A DNA stretch of 64,000 nucleotides from a virus (IMGVR_UViG_3300014043_000277), one strand, 5' to 3'. Shown: positions 37,705-48,012, numbered from the stretch's first letter. The notes: generated by a model not told the origin, from the letters alone. Made by a program: numbers and translations.

Positions 37705-38541
37705 TCAGTCATATCCTATGACTTCCGATATCGTATGTTCAGTGCGTTCAATAGCTCCGGATGGAAGATAATCCCTTCCCATTCCTGCGAGAATCCAATT
37801 TTCCATTAATTGTGTTTCACTGTCAGGTAAGGCGGTGATTATATCCTGAATGGTTTCACTATTGTTAATGAGTTCAATGCTTTTTTTGGATTTCGGGCCA
37901 TAACCGCGTATTCCCTTATATCCATCCGCTGAATCCCCTTGTAATGCGAGTTGCAATCGTATTTTTGATGGCGGGACGAGTTTCGTTTCCAATACTGTTT
38001 GTTCAGTGAAACGTATTTCATCCTTGCCTTTTCTGCGTATTGCATATATTCCCTGTGAATCGTTCACACATTGCAATAAATCCTTATCCGCGCTCCATAT
38101 TGCAGTCATGAGTCCATCCTGAGAAGCATAGTTCAATCCTATCATTTCCGATGCGTAAGCGATGATGTCATCGGCTTCCGCTCCGGGATATGCAATAACA
38201 TTGTTTCCATTTGAATACATTTGCTGGCACCATGCCTGAATCCACATGGCTTTCAATGTCGCCGTTTCATCAACTCCTATTTTCGGGCGCGTTCCCTTGT
38301 ATTCATCATCCATTTTCCTTCGATTCACTTTCGCATCGAATGGAGTGAAATCATTACGCGGTTCATCAAACACATATACCGGTGTGACTTTATTATATAG
38401 TTCATTCATTATGCGCATGCGTTTATTCACCATTCTGTCAGCCATGCGTGTATCGGTTGTTTTCAATATGTCCAATGGGATTACGCTTGCCGCTCTGAAC
38501 GCGATGTTGTTCCCATCAATAAGTAAAATCGCATCAGTCAT
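37705..38541 (-). CDS. 5'-3' exonuclease / flap endonuclease (Pol I N-domain-like)
   Basis: LIDGNN, YKGTR, EADDII, SADKD and GDSADGYKGIRGYGPK (H3TH); start 38541 from TGATATCAT-N7-ATG. Confidence 0.88.
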   Translation of the reverse strand: MTDAILLIDGNNIAFRAASVIPLDILKTTDTRMADRMVNKRMRIMNELYNKVTPVYVFDEPRNDFTPFDAKVNRRKMDDEYKGTRPKIGVDETATLKAMWIQAWCQQMYSNGNNVIAYPGAEADDIIAYASEMIGLNYASQDGLMTAIWSADKDLLQCVNDSQGIYAIRRKGKDEIRFTEQTVLETKLVPPSKIRLQLALQGDSADGYKGIRGYGPKSKKSIELINNSETIQDIITALPDSETQLMENWILAGMGRDYLPSGAIERTEHTISEVIGYD

Positions 38542-38585
38542 GTAATCAATGATATCAATGAACGCATGATGAGTGAAAATTGCGC

Positions 38586-38705
38586 ATTTCGATTCTGACG
38601 GTAATTTTTGATGTTTTATGATGAATGGGTTGAAAATCATGGTTTTGATTATTTCAATTAAAACAGTCGTCCACAGACCGCAATATTACGCATCCTGTGG
38701 ACGGC
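38586..38705 (+). repeat. Dispersed 120-bp tripartite repeat, copy 3
   Basis: ATTTCGATTCTGACGG ... GAAAATCATGGTTTT ... GTCGTCCACAG-N18-CTGTGGACGGC. Confidence 0.8.
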
Positions 38706-38822
38706 ATCGAAATTCACGAAAACAGCATGATGAAAAATATTATCAAATAATTCTGTTTTTAAAGCAATTCTAATTCTAAATAAAAAATGTCCACAATTAT
38801 GGACATTTGAACGCATTGATGA

Positions 38823-39266
38823 TTATAATAGTTTCTTGCCGCGTTCACGCAGCGCATTCTGGAATTTTTGCGCATGTTCATCGGAACCGAGTTCAATGTA
38901 GTTACCGACGCCATAGAAACTATCCTGAACATACACTCTCAATTGTCCAGAATCATCCAATGGATTCCGGTCAAGATCATCACGGATGGATTCAGGTAAT
39001 TGTTCCCATGGCGCACCATGAATCAGTTTCCTGACTCCTTTAACGGTTCTCACAACAGCAGGGCCTTCCGGCAGTCCTTTCGGATAACCATTGCTCACAT
39101 CATATACCGGCGCTTCCGGTTCATGTTGTACGCGTGCGGGTTTACGTGGCGGCAATGCATTCATGCTATCATTGTTCTGCACTGGTGGTTGAACAGGTTC
39201 CTGCGCTGGAACGTTACGACGTGCGCGTGGCATTGAACGACGGGGACGATTTGATGGTAACGGCAT
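38823..39266 (-). CDS. Hypothetical protein (Pro/Arg-rich N-terminus)
   Basis: Start overlaps the upstream stop (TAATG). Confidence 0.6.
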   Translation of the reverse strand: MPLPSNRPRRSMPRARRNVPAQEPVQPPVQNNDSMNALPPRKPARVQHEPEAPVYDVSNGYPKGLPEGPAVVRTVKGVRKLIHGAPWEQLPESIRDDLDRNPLDDSGQLRVYVQDSFYGVGNYIELGSDEHAQKFQNALRERGKKLL

Positions 39267-39706
39267 TATAGTTTGATTCCTTTCGGATTGATTACGAATT
39301 TATGCTCAACTGGTTTCGTTTGAATGTTAAGGACAGCCGGGATGGACCATTCAGGTGGCATGTTATTGGTTTTGCAGTATTCATATATTTCCTCAACGCA
39401 TCCTGTTTTAGCCTCAGAATCATATTCCGGTAACGCGGCGATTATTTCCGATACTGTTTCCATGTCATCAGGATGATTGCCAATGAGCAGCAATGATTCC
39501 ATTCCGACAAGCCAGCTTGAACGGCGTATTGCATCGCGGATTGCTTTCCGGCTGTTTGTTTTACGGATTGCCTTGCGTATCACATCCGATAACATGATGG
39601 CATTGTTTTCAATGCCGTTCAATGAATCCCAGTATTGCTCATTGTTATGTTCAATGATGTTCAAAAGTTCGCCGGGGCGCGAATCAATAGTCCTTCTGTT
39701 TCTCAT
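39266..39706 (-). CDS. Hypothetical protein
   Basis: 146-aa ORF in an operon-like array. Confidence 0.6.
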   Translation of the reverse strand: MRNRRTIDSRPGELLNIIEHNNEQYWDSLNGIENNAIMLSDVIRKAIRKTNSRKAIRDAIRRSSWLVGMESLLLIGNHPDDMETVSEIIAALPEYDSEAKTGCVEEIYEYCKTNNMPPEWSIPAVLNIQTKPVEHKFVINPKGIKL

Positions 39707-39720
39707 AATATTTTAATATC

Positions 39721-40581
39721 TTATATGAACAACCATAGGAACATTGTTATGAAAAACGGTATTGTTATTGCCGGTCCAAGCGGAATGCGTTGTTTACGCA
39801 TGGAATCAGTGTGTTCAGCGAGTATTCGCTGAGCGCCGAAAGTGGTTTCCTCCGTCATTTTCACCTCACCGTTCCGTCCATATTTCACGTTAGTTCCTGA
39901 ATAGGCGAAGAACCATACCGTGATTCCGAATCCAATGAGAATAAAACCGATTATCGGCCAAATGATTGCATATGTGAACAATGGAAACGCAGTTCCTATC
40001 ATGACTGCAAGCGCACGGCTATCCGATGCTCCCATTGGAATTAGTTTCCTATATTCACGTTCAGGTTCATTCTTACCGGTTTTCTCATTTTTCCGCATTA
40101 TGAATTTGCCGTTCTTATCTTTTTTCTTATGTGGAATTGCAAGATATGGAATGAGAAGACAGAATATTGTCAGAATGGCTTCCACGAGAGCGAAAACCCA
40201 TGCGCCATTCATGCTGGCAAGACAATATGCTATTCCGAGCGCCAATTGGATGATGTATAATGGCCGCATCATATGCCGATCGATTTTCGTGGTATTCCAA
40301 TCAGTTAAAGTGCAGCTGACAGTGCAATAACCTATTATGCTGAAACATTCCGCGACATACGCCTCGAACCATATGTTAATGTTAGCGGCTGCTGGTGTGA
40401 GAATCTGATATGCCGCCGCAGCGCCACCACATGCGATGCCGATGAGTGACGCGTAAATATTCATTCGAGTCCAATTCGGATGAGTCATTTCATCATGCCA
40501 TGCCGGTTTGCGAATCATTGCGTAAACGAAAGCGAGAACAGGGATTATAATTCCTGCGGTTATGATTATCATTGAATTCAT
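39721..40581 (-). CDS. Prepilin peptidase (A24-like, TadV/PilD)
   Basis: Multi-TM; first Asp motif TDWNTTKID; GxxD motif MGASDSR; C-terminal IPLGPAI. Confidence 0.7.
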   Translation of the reverse strand: MNSMIIITAGIIIPVLAFVYAMIRKPAWHDEMTHPNWTRMNIYASLIGIACGGAAAAYQILTPAAANINIWFEAYVAECFSIIGYCTVSCTLTDWNTTKIDRHMMRPLYIIQLALGIAYCLASMNGAWVFALVEAILTIFCLLIPYLAIPHKKKDKNGKFIMRKNEKTGKNEPEREYRKLIPMGASDSRALAVMIGTAFPLFTYAIIWPIIGFILIGFGITVWFFAYSGTNVKYGRNGEVKMTEETTFGAQRILAEHTDSMRKQRIPLGPAITIPFFITMFLWLFI

Positions 40582-40611
40582 GAAAACATTGACTCCATTT
40601 CTTCTTAATTT

Positions 40612-41490
40612 TTAATGTTGGAAAACAGGAAACATCTGTTTGTGCCCTTTGCCATCTTCAACTTCAACTGAAATATCCTGATAATCGCCTTTTGAAACTT
40701 TCATGTAATAATGATCGCCATTAAAATATGAATCTTTCATTACCGCCGCAGTAACAATGTCATCCATTAGCGGTTTGTCGCGTTTCAGTATTTCCGTTTT
40801 TATGATTCCGGTGTCAAGTGTCATAGGTGGAACGGTATAAGGTTCAAGATAATAATAAATGTAATCAGGATGCATGGTTTCAAAAACCGTTCCTGCGATT
40901 TCCTCCATTGCAAGTTTCCATTTCATTGCGCTGTCAGCAGGGAGTAACGGGTTCGAGGCATCAATCCTGCTTGTGAAAGCATTCATCATAGTTTTCGTCC
41001 TTATGATTCCAACGCCGTCAATGACATCACCGTCATTCACCATTGACACGCTGATTTTGTTCCTGTCAATGTATACGAGCGCTATCCGTGAATCAACCGC
41101 CCATCTGTCCATCCCTTTTTTGCTGGACATGGCCAAACCGAGTTTATTCCATTGCGCGTAAGCAAGCATATCCACGATTGATGACACTCTCAGATTCCGT
41201 TTTTTACGTAAAGTGAAATATTTTGAGAATTCATATAATTTATCCTCATAAATAAATGAATCATGAACCGGTTCATTCACAATGAAATGCAGTTTCAGTC
41301 CGTTCATGATTCCGGTCTCCTTACAGAATGAATCAATGCCGTTCATTATGCTTTCACGGTCATAACCGGTTATCGGATATGATTTGCGAGCGATTATGTT
41401 CATTGTTTTCATGTCCGCAAGAGCGCAATCCATTGTTGAATCAGTGAGCATGAAAACACTGGTATTCAGCAACCTGTTATTATAAGCCAA
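40612..41490 (-). CDS. Hypothetical protein (possibly a degenerate ROK/actin-like fold)
   Basis: 292-aa ORF, TTG start with AAAGGA SD; the fold guess is weak. Confidence 0.5.
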   Translation of the reverse strand: MAYNNRLLNTSVFMLTDSTMDCALADMKTMNIIARKSYPITGYDRESIMNGIDSFCKETGIMNGLKLHFIVNEPVHDSFIYEDKLYEFSKYFTLRKKRNLRVSSIVDMLAYAQWNKLGLAMSSKKGMDRWAVDSRIALVYIDRNKISVSMVNDGDVIDGVGIIRTKTMMNAFTSRIDASNPLLPADSAMKWKLAMEEIAGTVFETMHPDYIYYYLEPYTVPPMTLDTGIIKTEILKRDKPLMDDIVTAAVMKDSYFNGDHYYMKVSKGDYQDISVEVEDGKGHKQMFPVFQH

Positions 41491-41505
41491 AACAACATTT
41501 CCTTT

Positions 41506-42144
41506 TCAGATTACGAGCGCTATGATGATAACAACGATGATGCCAATCAATCCCAGTGCTTTACCTATCATTCCCAGTGGATTATCCTCAAATGCCTCCT
41601 TGATTTTACGTTTCCAATTCTTACGGCTCCAATGTTCGCGTTTCGGTTTCCCGTCAATCGGAACCGAATTATACGCACGTCGGACACGTTCCAATGCCGG
41701 GGCAAGCTGATTTACTTCCTCCCTGCCGAGGAAAACAGTGAATGGCTCCATCCCAGGACGCCTGAAAACAAGTTTCGGTGGATTATCATTCAAATATAAT
41801 GCTGAATGCTGCTTGCCATTATCCTTGATGAGTCCTTCTATCTGCCATAGGAACAGATTATCATTGCGTTTCACCGCTCCCATTGTCGCCTCATCCAATA
41901 TGACGGAACCAATCATGTGCTCATTGCCGTCAATGGATGCATCTGAATCAGAATAATCATTATCATCAGCGATATCAATGTCATTATCATTTGAATCCAT
42001 GTCATCAGGGTCATCAAATGAAATGGATTCATCATAATGAATCACAGGTTTAGTTGGTTCAACATCATTACGGGCATCCTCAATAAGCTTATCGACATTG
42101 AACGGTTCGCTCACATGATAATCATCCAATAGGTTTTTCTCCAT
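41506..42144 (-). CDS. Hypothetical protein with a C-terminal membrane anchor
   Basis: Acidic N-region and C-terminal TM; GAAGGG SD before ATG 42144. Confidence 0.6.
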   Translation of the reverse strand: MEKNLLDDYHVSEPFNVDKLIEDARNDVEPTKPVIHYDESISFDDPDDMDSNDNDIDIADDNDYSDSDASIDGNEHMIGSVILDEATMGAVKRNDNLFLWQIEGLIKDNGKQHSALYLNDNPPKLVFRRPGMEPFTVFLGREEVNQLAPALERVRRAYNSVPIDGKPKREHWSRKNWKRKIKEAFEDNPLGMIGKALGLIGIIVVIIIALVI

Positions 42145-42160
42145 ATGACAATTCCCTTCA

Positions 42161-43156
42161 TTAGTTAATCTTATTTCCGTTCGCATCGCATGCATATTGG
42201 CCTGTGGTCTCATCAATGCAATCATCGCCTGCGTTATCATTGCTTATTGTCGGTTTATCGGAACTTGATTGCGATTTCGCATCCTCATCAGCGAGATTCT
42301 TACCGTTGACTTCTTGATTATTCTCATCAGCTGGACTGATTAGCCTATCAGCTCCCTCGTCTTTCGTAACCTTATCCGAGAGGACATTCACATAACCATC
42401 AGTATCCCATTTCTGCCCTTTAATGGACGCGAGCCTCCATTTGCCGTCATCCTGTTTTTCGACATTGAAATCAATGTCCTTGAACACATGCTCTTTTGAC
42501 ATTGAATCCCATCCGGCTGGCGTCATGGATACATCCGCACCGCCATCAGGTTTTTTCACTTCCGTTGATGTTATTTTCTGATATAATCCGTTCTCCTCGC
42601 TTGTCCATGATGCGGTTACGGTCAATGATGGACGTGAATTACCATTAATGTAAAGTTGAGCATCTTTCGGATTGGAAACATCAACATCATTTGACAGGAC
42701 GGTGTATGTCATCATTGCATCCAATTGAGTCGTGGATGGAGTTTCTGATTGCAATGGTGATTTATCCGACACATAATCGTAAACGCAGGTTTTACGCCTG
42801 TCCTGTCGTGATGTAGCATAATCAAACTGTTCATTTGGCAACGCTTCCGTTCCCATTGCATATTTATATGCGGCATCCTTGAATGAATCGGCGTTATCCT
42901 TATTCACTTTCGCGGTGTTCAAGCCCCAGGTTCCGCAATCAATGACGACATTGCCGACAAGCTGTTTGATTTGCTTAGCGTCGTCATCCGTGATTACGAA
43001 AGCCGATGATTTCTGATTCTGTTCGGCTGGTTCACGATGTGTTCCTATGATAGCCATTCCAATTATTATGGTGATTATCAAGGCTCCGGCAATCCATGTG
43101 CGCGTGTCGGATAGAATGCTTTTCAGTTTATCGGCAGTGTTATCATTTGTATTCAT
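42161..43156 (-). CDS. Single-pass membrane protein, candidate VirB8/TcpC-like T4SS component
   Basis: N-terminal TM; NTF2-like ending F.VEKQDDGKWRLASI; follows the VirB4 ATPase gene. Confidence 0.4.
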   Translation of the reverse strand: MNTNDNTADKLKSILSDTRTWIAGALIITIIIGMAIIGTHREPAEQNQKSSAFVITDDDAKQIKQLVGNVVIDCGTWGLNTAKVNKDNADSFKDAAYKYAMGTEALPNEQFDYATSRQDRRKTCVYDYVSDKSPLQSETPSTTQLDAMMTYTVLSNDVDVSNPKDAQLYINGNSRPSLTVTASWTSEENGLYQKITSTEVKKPDGGADVSMTPAGWDSMSKEHVFKDIDFNVEKQDDGKWRLASIKGQKWDTDGYVNVLSDKVTKDEGADRLISPADENNQEVNGKNLADEDAKSQSSSDKPTISNDNAGDDCIDETTGQYACDANGNKIN

Positions 43157-43174
43157 GGTTACTATGTTATCCTT

Positions 43175-44362
43175 TTATTTCTTGCCCCGTTCAAAAGGAT
43201 TAGTGTTGAACGCATCGAATATTCTCTTATCATATGAATCAATGTGGACACAGGCGACATTATTATTGAAATCCTTCATTATGCAATCACCCTTATCGAA
43301 ATTAATCATGGATTGTGCGATGCCGACATCCTCCGGCAAATCGAATGATTCACGGACTTTCTCACCTTCCGCGATGGTTTTCACACGGAATGCGAATCGC
43401 GTTGAAATGCTGTTCTGCAATCCGAATTTGTCAATGTCATCCGCGTTCTGCGAAATGAGTACACATGCTGTGTTCAATGAACGTCCCAGACGGCATATTT
43501 CGGAAATCACCTGTCGTCCCATTTTGGTTGCAAGGACAGCCCAGCTTTCATCAATGATGACTGTTTTCGGCGGCGGAACACGTTTCTTGCCTTCCTCGTC
43601 ATGTCCATCATCCACACCAATCATGATGTTACGGATATAGTTCGTAACAAGGAACATGATTCCCATTCCGAGTCTGTCGTTAATCTGATAATCCTTCTCA
43701 TCCATGTTCGGATCAGGCATTTTCAAGCCGAGAAGGGTGATAATGGTTAATCCCTTACCCATTTTCATTGCACTCCCCTCATAATGATCAAAACACAGAC
43801 GTGAGAATTTCAATGGCTCAATCAGTTTCAATTGGTTGCCGAGAGCGTTAGCCTGCGGATCATTGCGGCGTGCAAGAAGCCTCTGCATGACGATTCTCAA
43901 ACTGGGTTTTTTCAATTTAAGGACATCCTCAACGATAGGTGTCAATGAGTTCCGCTGTTCACTTGTTAACGTCCCGGCGAATGTTTCAATGAGCGACATG
44001 ACAAGCAACTGCTGCTGAGCCGGTTCCTTCTCCAAACTGAACGGATCAAGAATGCCTGGTTCAACTTTCTTGTCATCAGCCAAATCCCATATGTTAATGT
44101 CTCCCAGATCGGATTGCAGGTTAAGAATGTTAACGGAATCGGCTTTCGGATCAAGATACACAGTTATTTTACCTGATAAGGTTGACTGATAAGCCATCAT
44201 CATTGAGAAGAACGATTTACCGGAACCCGGTGAACCTGAAACATACACTCCAGGCGGGTTGGATGATGCTATACTTGTATGCAAATCAAAAAACACCGGT
44301 GTATGATAACCGAGAATGGTTTCACCGATATACGGACCCATCCATTTTGTAGGTTTCCTCAT
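43175..44362 (-). CDS. VirB4/ConE-like conjugative ATPase, C-terminal ATPase half
   Basis: PVFFD, Walker A GSPGSGKS, YLDPK, Walker B IIDESW and GRSLN...ISQ. Confidence 0.8.
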   Translation of the reverse strand: MRKPTKWMGPYIGETILGYHTPVFFDLHTSIASSNPPGVYVSGSPGSGKSFFSMMMAYQSTLSGKITVYLDPKADSVNILNLQSDLGDINIWDLADDKKVEPGILDPFSLEKEPAQQQLLVMSLIETFAGTLTSEQRNSLTPIVEDVLKLKKPSLRIVMQRLLARRNDPQANALGNQLKLIEPLKFSRLCFDHYEGSAMKMGKGLTIITLLGLKMPDPNMDEKDYQINDRLGMGIMFLVTNYIRNIMIGVDDGHDEEGKKRVPPPKTVIIDESWAVLATKMGRQVISEICRLGRSLNTACVLISQNADDIDKFGLQNSISTRFAFRVKTIAEGEKVRESFDLPEDVGIAQSMINFDKGDCIMKDFNNNVACVHIDSYDKRIFDAFNTNPFERGKK

Positions 44363-44862
44363 TATTTCCTGCTCCTTGTGGTTTTCTTACGATTTTTGTT
44401 TTCAGTGCGTGCATGTGCTTTCACTTCTTTCCTCGGAAGTGGATTTCCATAATCATCAAGCCATGAATCACCGAGCCATACGCTGAAATCAGTGTCGATT
44501 TTATCCCCGTCATTGATTTTTGATACTTTCAAATCAGTGTAATATTTCGGTTCAAACAAATATTTGACTTGACAGGCGACGAATGAATAGAATGATTTAT
44601 TATTGAAAATCGCACTGGGTTTTGAAATCAGGAAACCGGCACCGATTGCCGGTCCAATATAAATCGCCGCGATTAACGGACTTGAAAGCATTGAGCTGAA
44701 ACCGAAAATGGCACATAACGGGACAGTCCATAAACCAATGCATAATAGAAGATTGCCTGCAAGTTTGAATGAAATCGGTCGTGTCAATGAAATGTCACCG
44801 AGCGCATACAATTTCTTCTCACGTTTGAAAAAGTTAGTGAAAACAATGATTTGAATATTCAT
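44362..44862 (-). CDS. TcpE/ConD-family conjugation membrane protein
   Basis: F...EKKLYALGDISL.RPI N-terminus and two TMs; stop overlaps the start of the VirB4-like ATPase gene. Confidence 0.65.
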   Translation of the reverse strand: MNIQIIVFTNFFKREKKLYALGDISLTRPISFKLAGNLLLCIGLWTVPLCAIFGFSSMLSSPLIAAIYIGPAIGAGFLISKPSAIFNNKSFYSFVACQVKYLFEPKYYTDLKVSKINDGDKIDTDFSVWLGDSWLDDYGNPLPRKEVKAHARTENKNRKKTTRSRK

Positions 44863-44935
44863 GTGAAATGAATATCATTGTAATTGAAAAAGCGGATGAC
44901 TGTTCATGCCATCCGCTTAATCAGTTATTCACGGT

Positions 44936-47029
44936 TCATAATAAACCGGCTTGTTTCAGGACTTCCTGTGCTTTATGCAGCCATTCTGAACGTTTACCGA
45001 GTTCCGCTTCACGCGCTTCCAGCCTATCAAGTTCATCACGCGCGGCATCAACTTCCGCCACATGCCTGTCAGCATCTGCTTTCATGCCATCAAGCATGCC
45101 TTCCAAACGGCTTGTCTGCGCTTTCAAATCACCGACCTGACGTTCAACTGAACGAATGCCGTTAATGCGTTCATCCTGTTCGCTTATCGTCGCGCTCAAA
45201 TCCTTTTTACGTGGTGCGATACCGGCAAGTTCATTGTCAACGGCATCCAAACCGGTTGTGAACAATGCATGCAAATCATCCATTCCGTGATCATCAGTCG
45301 CATCATATTCAGCGTCGTTCACCTCATATGGTTCATCATCAGCGGCATTCGCGATACTATCATCATGTTCCGGTAAATCATTGGATTCAATGTTGGCATC
45401 GGAATATTCAGGCGTTTCTTCCTGCTCCTGCGGTTCCTGAACATTCTCGTCCACGGAATGTTCAGGAATGAGAGGCTGAACGGGTTCCGCAGGTTCAGAT
45501 TCCTGAACAGGTACATCCAATGGCAATGATGTGATTTCCGTTGTTTCATCCTCAACGGGTTCTTTAACATCATTCACGGTATTGTCAGAATTGTCATCAT
45601 TTGAATCTGCCGAATAAACAGTATCATATTGTCCATCAGTGTAATCAGCATGCTGTTCAGTTTCTGGTTCCTGCTCATCCGCAGTTTCATCAATATAATC
45701 ATTGGATTCAACCTGTTCGGCATAATCATTCTCAACCTGTTCAGCATCATCCTGTGCAGTTTCCGCAGGTTCCACGGTTTCATAATCAACCGCAGATTCA
45801 GCGGCTGGCGTGTTCACTGAATTGAATTCACTTGTATGCAATTCAGGGACTTCCAATGACGGCAAGCTATACCGTGATTGCGAATCATTATTGGTTTCGT
45901 CAGTTGGCGATTCCTCGGTATCAACGTCCTTGTCGGCGGATTCATCATCCGCATAATCAGATTCATTGGTTTCATTAGTATCCTGAACCGGTTCATCAGC
46001 ATCCGCGTTGTCAGCAGATTCCGTTACATCCGTTGCATCATACTGAATTGGCTCCTCAGCAGGCTCCGGTTCGTTCTGATGTTCATTATTGTAATCAATG
46101 CTCACATCAGTGTCATCAGTATCAGCCTGTTGTAATGGTTGAGCAGGAACAACAGGCTGTTCAATTGTTTCATCATTATCAGCACTCAGACGGTTAACAG
46201 TGTCATTCTGAGAATCGGAAGGCACGGAATAAGAAGCCTGCTCGCTGGTGCTTGCTGTCAGCCTGTCAACAGTGCTGACATTATCATCATGCTGTTCGGC
46301 TGGCACATCGTATTGTGGGGCTTCCGCAACAGGTTCAGTGGACTGAGACTGGACATGCTCAATCGGGTTGCCTTCACGGTCAACAAGCGTTATGTCGCCG
46401 TCATCAATCGCATCCGCGATACCGGCATATATTTCCGACGTTTTGAAACCGCCTGATTTCAGAATGGCGAACCACATGTTCGCGTTCGCCTGCGATGCAA
46501 GAAGAATAAGCCTGTTCACATCGCTTTCATCATTGAACGCATTGCGGTCAGTGTCATCATTCAAATGGAAGAACACCGTATCCAACGGTTCATCTGATAG
46601 TCCGATTCGCGCGAAAGCATCCACGCACTTGCCTGCCTCATCCGTCGCCTCATCAAGGGCCTCATTGAACGGTATCGGTTCGCATTTGACAGTATTCGCG
46701 TTTTCCTGCGGTTCCAAGGTGAAATAATCATGGCGCTCAATGTCCTCGCCTTGTGAAATGATATCAGTGATTACACTAATCACATAATTGCGTTTCCATT
46801 CCGCAATGAGAGGATCGTTATCAAAATCATCCGGTGTCAATGATTTCAAACGGTCATAATCCAATGAGAACCTTGCGCGGACACTAGAGTTGAATTCAAC
46901 GCCTGATGATGCCCCAGTAATGTTCCCGTTATCCAGAAGCACAGTGTAAACAGCGCCGCTCTGAAAAGTGATATTGGCTGACTTTACATCCGGTGCAGCG
47001 CCAGTCAAAATTGTATTCAATGTTTCCAT
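44936..47029 (-). CDS. Large acidic, low-complexity protein with a C-terminal coiled coil
   Basis: 697-aa ORF; D/E/P-rich central part of about 370 aa. Confidence 0.65.
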   Translation of the reverse strand: METLNTILTGAAPDVKSANITFQSGAVYTVLLDNGNITGASSGVEFNSSVRARFSLDYDRLKSLTPDDFDNDPLIAEWKRNYVISVITDIISQGEDIERHDYFTLEPQENANTVKCEPIPFNEALDEATDEAGKCVDAFARIGLSDEPLDTVFFHLNDDTDRNAFNDESDVNRLILLASQANANMWFAILKSGGFKTSEIYAGIADAIDDGDITLVDREGNPIEHVQSQSTEPVAEAPQYDVPAEQHDDNVSTVDRLTASTSEQASYSVPSDSQNDTVNRLSADNDETIEQPVVPAQPLQQADTDDTDVSIDYNNEHQNEPEPAEEPIQYDATDVTESADNADADEPVQDTNETNESDYADDESADKDVDTEESPTDETNNDSQSRYSLPSLEVPELHTSEFNSVNTPAAESAVDYETVEPAETAQDDAEQVENDYAEQVESNDYIDETADEQEPETEQHADYTDGQYDTVYSADSNDDNSDNTVNDVKEPVEDETTEITSLPLDVPVQESEPAEPVQPLIPEHSVDENVQEPQEQEETPEYSDANIESNDLPEHDDSIANAADDEPYEVNDAEYDATDDHGMDDLHALFTTGLDAVDNELAGIAPRKKDLSATISEQDERINGIRSVERQVGDLKAQTSRLEGMLDGMKADADRHVAEVDAARDELDRLEAREAELGKRSEWLHKAQEVLKQAGLL

Positions 47030-47100
47030 GCTGATTCCAGCCTTTCGTTGTTTGTTTTAATAATTTATATCCTTGTCAATGTTATCAGGAATATCGCGCA

Positions 47101-48012
47101 TCAGAACAGCCCGTAAGTCGCGATAAGCGAAAGCATCGGTGCAAGGCACAGGATTCCGAGCGCTCCGATGAGCGTAGGTGCGAGTACAGCCATCATGTGG
47201 GACGCCATTTTAGCAATTTTATTCTCCACATAAGCATCATATTCCTCACGGTTCGTTTCAGCCCTTGCACGCAATGTCTGCGTGATGTCAGCTGATGAAC
47301 CATATTCCTCAGCCTGTTTGATTGCTTTCACGAATGCCTCGGTGTCCGCGTTCGGTGAACGCTTAGACATGTTCTCCAACGCTCCCACGATGGTATTGCC
47401 AGCCGCGACATCCTGATTCACTTTCGTCAACTCGTCCTTGACAACGCCCGGTTGCAACAATGGCACAACCTCAACCATCGCCTGTTTGAACGCTGAACCG
47501 GCGGAAGTGGAAATGACAAGCATGTCCAACGCCTCCGGCAATTGTTTCTTGAAAGCAAGATCACGTTCATCAGTTGACATTTTATACTGTAAATCCGGAA
47601 TGAAAAAACCAAACACGCCACAGAACAATGGATAAACGAACCATGGAATCAATGAACCCACAATGTCGCCAACCATCCAGAAAATGAAAAATCCCATGAT
47701 GATGCCACCGATGAGCATAGTGTATTTCAATACCGTGAATTCCATGGGTGTAACCTTCCATGGATTACCGGCCTTGTTGATGCGCGATTCCAATCTGGCA
47801 CGCGCATCCGGTTTCTTACGCAGAAGCCGTGGCGGAATGGATGGACCCAGTGCGCGGGCGGCTTGCGCTATATATTTCATGTAGCCATCTTCCTTCTGCA
47901 TGTCCGTGTAACGAATATACGGGGAGCCGCCCTGATCGCGGGCGATGAACAAATAAACTATCGCCGCGAAAAACAATCCCATTACAATAGCAATAATCAT
48001 TGGTGATACCAT
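47101..48012 (-). CDS. TadC-like (T2SS F family) pilus platform protein
   Basis: KAGNP, three TMs, QLPEALDMLVI...AG, G...AL..MS.R and AE.YG. Confidence 0.82.
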   Translation of the reverse strand: MVSPMIIAIVMGLFFAAIVYLFIARDQGGSPYIRYTDMQKEDGYMKYIAQAARALGPSIPPRLLRKKPDARARLESRINKAGNPWKVTPMEFTVLKYTMLIGGIIMGFFIFWMVGDIVGSLIPWFVYPLFCGVFGFFIPDLQYKMSTDERDLAFKKQLPEALDMLVISTSAGSAFKQAMVEVVPLLQPGVVKDELTKVNQDVAAGNTIVGALENMSKRSPNADTEAFVKAIKQAEEYGSSADITQTLRARAETNREEYDAYVENKIAKMASHMMAVLAPTLIGALGILCLAPMLSLIATYGLF

